Source: Candidatus Bathyarchaeota archaeon (GTDB lineage: Archaea; Thermoproteota; Bathyarchaeia; Bathyarchaeales; Bathycorpusculaceae). From it: a stretch of DNA of 64,000 nucleotides. Positions 62,211-64,000 of this stretch are shown piece after piece. The position numbers and the translations under genes are program-made. The stretch spans positions 1 through 64,000 of the forward strand of contig CAVRFW010000013.1 in assembly GCA_963720565.1 (NCBI GenBank), written 5' to 3'. Every line of letters begins with the position of its first letter. Position 1 is the first letter of the stretch. The notes beneath the pieces are model-generated. The model searched no databases and was not told the DNA's origin. It saw only the letters and a program-made list of their open reading frames with translations.

Positions 62211-63338
62211 TTACCGTTCTTTCAACTGGTGGAAAGACATGAACGAGAAAACAGCAAAGAACACGCCCGTCGCAGCGAAAACTGGACTATAACCCACAGC
62301 TTGAGCCACAAGCCCGGCCGCTAGAACAGACCCAAATTCTGCCAGACGCATAGGCACGTGAAGCAAACCGATGTCAACAGAAACGTTTCTCCGATTTAGT
62401 GCCACTTTGGCGACGAGGTGCTCAAAGAACGCGACGCCAAACCCACGCACGAAAGCGAGAGCAAAGAGCAACGCTGGGAAAAACAATCCCGAATCAGCAA
62501 GGAGGACAGATGCTGATATGGCAACCGCGCCTTGAATCACGGCGCGTCTGAGGCTAAGGGATATTCTCAACGTGATGAACGTTGTCACAGAGGCTATCAA
62601 GTTGTAGAGCATGAACAGCCCACCTATAACGATATAGCTGTAGCCCATCTGCTGATCCATGAAGACGGGAAGAAGAAACGTGAGCAGAGGATAAGTGGCG
62701 ACACTGTTAAACATCAAGGCAATGGAAGCCCACCAGAAAGCTGAGCCTTTCCCACGCGGGTCAAGAAGCCGCAAAATGTTGGAAGTCTCCACCTTCGACG
62801 TCTTTTTTCCCGTCTTCCAGAGTAACCCAGCGGGGATTCCAATAGACGCAGAAGCAAAAACCAACAGGACTATGGTCCAAGAGAAACCAGCGTACGCGAT
62901 CCCAATGCCCGCTGCTGCACTTCCAACAGCGGTTGCTAGCCATATTACTGCGTTGTTCCTCGTGGCTTCACGACCCTCCCGATTAGGCGACAGATGAAAG
63001 ATGGCTGTCCGGTTCACCGCCCAGTACGAGGCATCCCTTAAGCCCTCGACTAATTTGCCAGCGAAAAAAACTGGAAGCGATGAGGCAACATAATATATCA
63101 GGGTGGAAAGGACAGTGGCTGGCCAGTTAAACAGGAGAAATACGTGCGACCAACCTATTCGGTCTGCGACGGCGGCGAACAAGAGGCGGGCAACCAAGAA
63201 CACAATGGGCAACACTGACAATACCACGCCTATTTCCGCCAAATTCACGTTCTGAGCAACGAGCAACAACGGAATTAGAAGTGTTAATGAGCCGGAAACG
63301 AAATTATTCAGAAAAGTTATGGCGTTGACTCTTCTCAT
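62211..63338 (-). CDS. MFS transporter
   Basis: About 12 TM segments; AAVADRIGW motif A. Confidence 0.88.
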   Translation of the reverse strand: MRRVNAITFLNNFVSGSLTLLIPLLLVAQNVNLAEIGVVLSVLPIVFLVARLLFAAVADRIGWSHVFLLFNWPATVLSTLIYYVASSLPVFFAGKLVEGLRDASYWAVNRTAIFHLSPNREGREATRNNAVIWLATAVGSAAAGIGIAYAGFSWTIVLLVFASASIGIPAGLLWKTGKKTSKVETSNILRLLDPRGKGSAFWWASIALMFNSVATYPLLTFLLPVFMDQQMGYSYIVIGGLFMLYNLIASVTTFITLRISLSLRRAVIQGAVAISASVLLADSGLFFPALLFALAFVRGFGVAFFEHLVAKVALNRRNVSVDIGLLHVPMRLAEFGSVLAAGLVAQAVGYSPVFAATGVFFAVFSFMSFHQLKER

Positions 63339-63507
63339 TCAATTTAACCTCTCATTTCCCCAAGCCCCTATTACTCGCCACCATAATTCGGCAATTCTGG
63401 GAAGCAGCCCCTAATTAAAACTTCAGGTTTTCGGACGAACCGACAGTTTGAAACCATCTAGTCCATATAGAAGCGCGCCCGATAGTGGATAAAGATGAGG
63501 ATTTTAG

Positions 63508-64000
63508 CTATTGTGTTTTCATTTGTTTCTTACGTTTCTTAGCCAGCAGTACGGCAACGGTGAAGACAGCTACTATCGCGATGATAGCTGCTGCGGCGTA
63601 GAAGGCTTCAGGAGGCAATCCACCTGCGCCTGTCGGCTCAAGCGAGGAAGTAATTGTTGGAGTGGGTGTTGGAGTTGTGGATGTACTGTAGGTGATTTCA
63701 AGTTTCAATACGGAATATTCGCCGTATTCTTCACCATATTCTCTGCTGTCGAAAATTCCTCCTCTATACCCGCCCGCTTCATTGTCTAGCTTGATTAAGA
63801 AGCCCAAGTTCGGATACGCATCGCTCGCCCAGCCTTTCACAATGTTTGTGACTGTTAAGTTCAGGCTAGTCCAAGTCATCGGATAAGGAGGAATAACGAC
63901 TGTTGCACTGTCCTCCAGCGCACAGTCACCGCCCGGCGTTCCCCAGTTACTCGTAGCTGTTGTGAGCCCATCCATGTAATTGTATTCGTTCCATGTGACT
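63508..64000 (-). CDS. 3' part of a DNRLRE-domain surface protein with C-terminal TM anchor
   Basis: VTWN..WGTPGGD..LTVTNIVKGW..NLGFLIK..FDSRE..KLEITY; TM + KKRKK; truncated by the window end. Confidence 0.85.
   Translation of the reverse strand, partial: VTWNEYNYMDGLTTATSNWGTPGGDCALEDSATVVIPPYPMTWTSLNLTVTNIVKGWASDAYPNLGFLIKLDNEAGGYRGGIFDSREYGEEYGEYSVLKLEITYSTSTTPTPTPTITSSLEPTGAGGLPPEAFYAAAAIIAIVAVFTVAVLLAKKRKKQMKTQ

Noticed and set aside
2517..63886. Numerous antisense or overlapping ORFs in the six-frame track (e.g. 2517, 11123, 15257, 21564, 27205, 58331)
   Set aside because: They are shadows of better-supported genes on the opposite strand or frame and have no recognisable motifs.
1..64000. 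Classical integron with attC sites
   Set aside because: No intI or other recombinase gene, no recurring RYYYAAC...GTTRRRY hairpins recognised, and the genes are in mixed orientation with their own promoters.

Overview
Archaeal genomic window, most likely Bathyarchaeia. This is an inference from the gene families present: four paralogous secreted and membrane-anchored PQQ-like beta-propeller proteins, three TrmB regulators each divergent from a secreted-protein gene, and archaeal TATA-type promoters with U-tract terminators. It is an accessory region of mostly single-gene units in mixed orientation: cell-surface proteins, transporters, a GT2, a KamA-type radical SAM enzyme, a solitary dnaJ, toxin-antitoxin/defence-like genes and many gene remnants. 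I found no rRNA, tRNA, CRISPR array, integrase or transposase. About a dozen genes carry single-base frameshifts that look like long-read indel errors. The unexplained non-coding structure is the most interesting part. (1) Three ~105-112 nt elements (29538, 33288, 57768) each follow the 3' end of a beta-propeller gene or its remnant. They fold on the + strand into a bulge-helix-bulge (tRNA-splicing-endonuclease substrate) enclosing a 93-100 nt insert with a conserved hairpin and an anti-SD-like tract, making them a candidate new family of spliced/circular RNAs. (2) GCGCGC-type runs mark many gene-unit boundaries and bracket orphan gene fragments, suggesting a cassette-like recombination process. 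(3) A dispersed 13-bp palindrome ACTAAAWTTTAGT is tied to CA/GT/GA microsatellites. (4) Divergent beta-propeller paralogs have near-identical upstream and downstream flanks.
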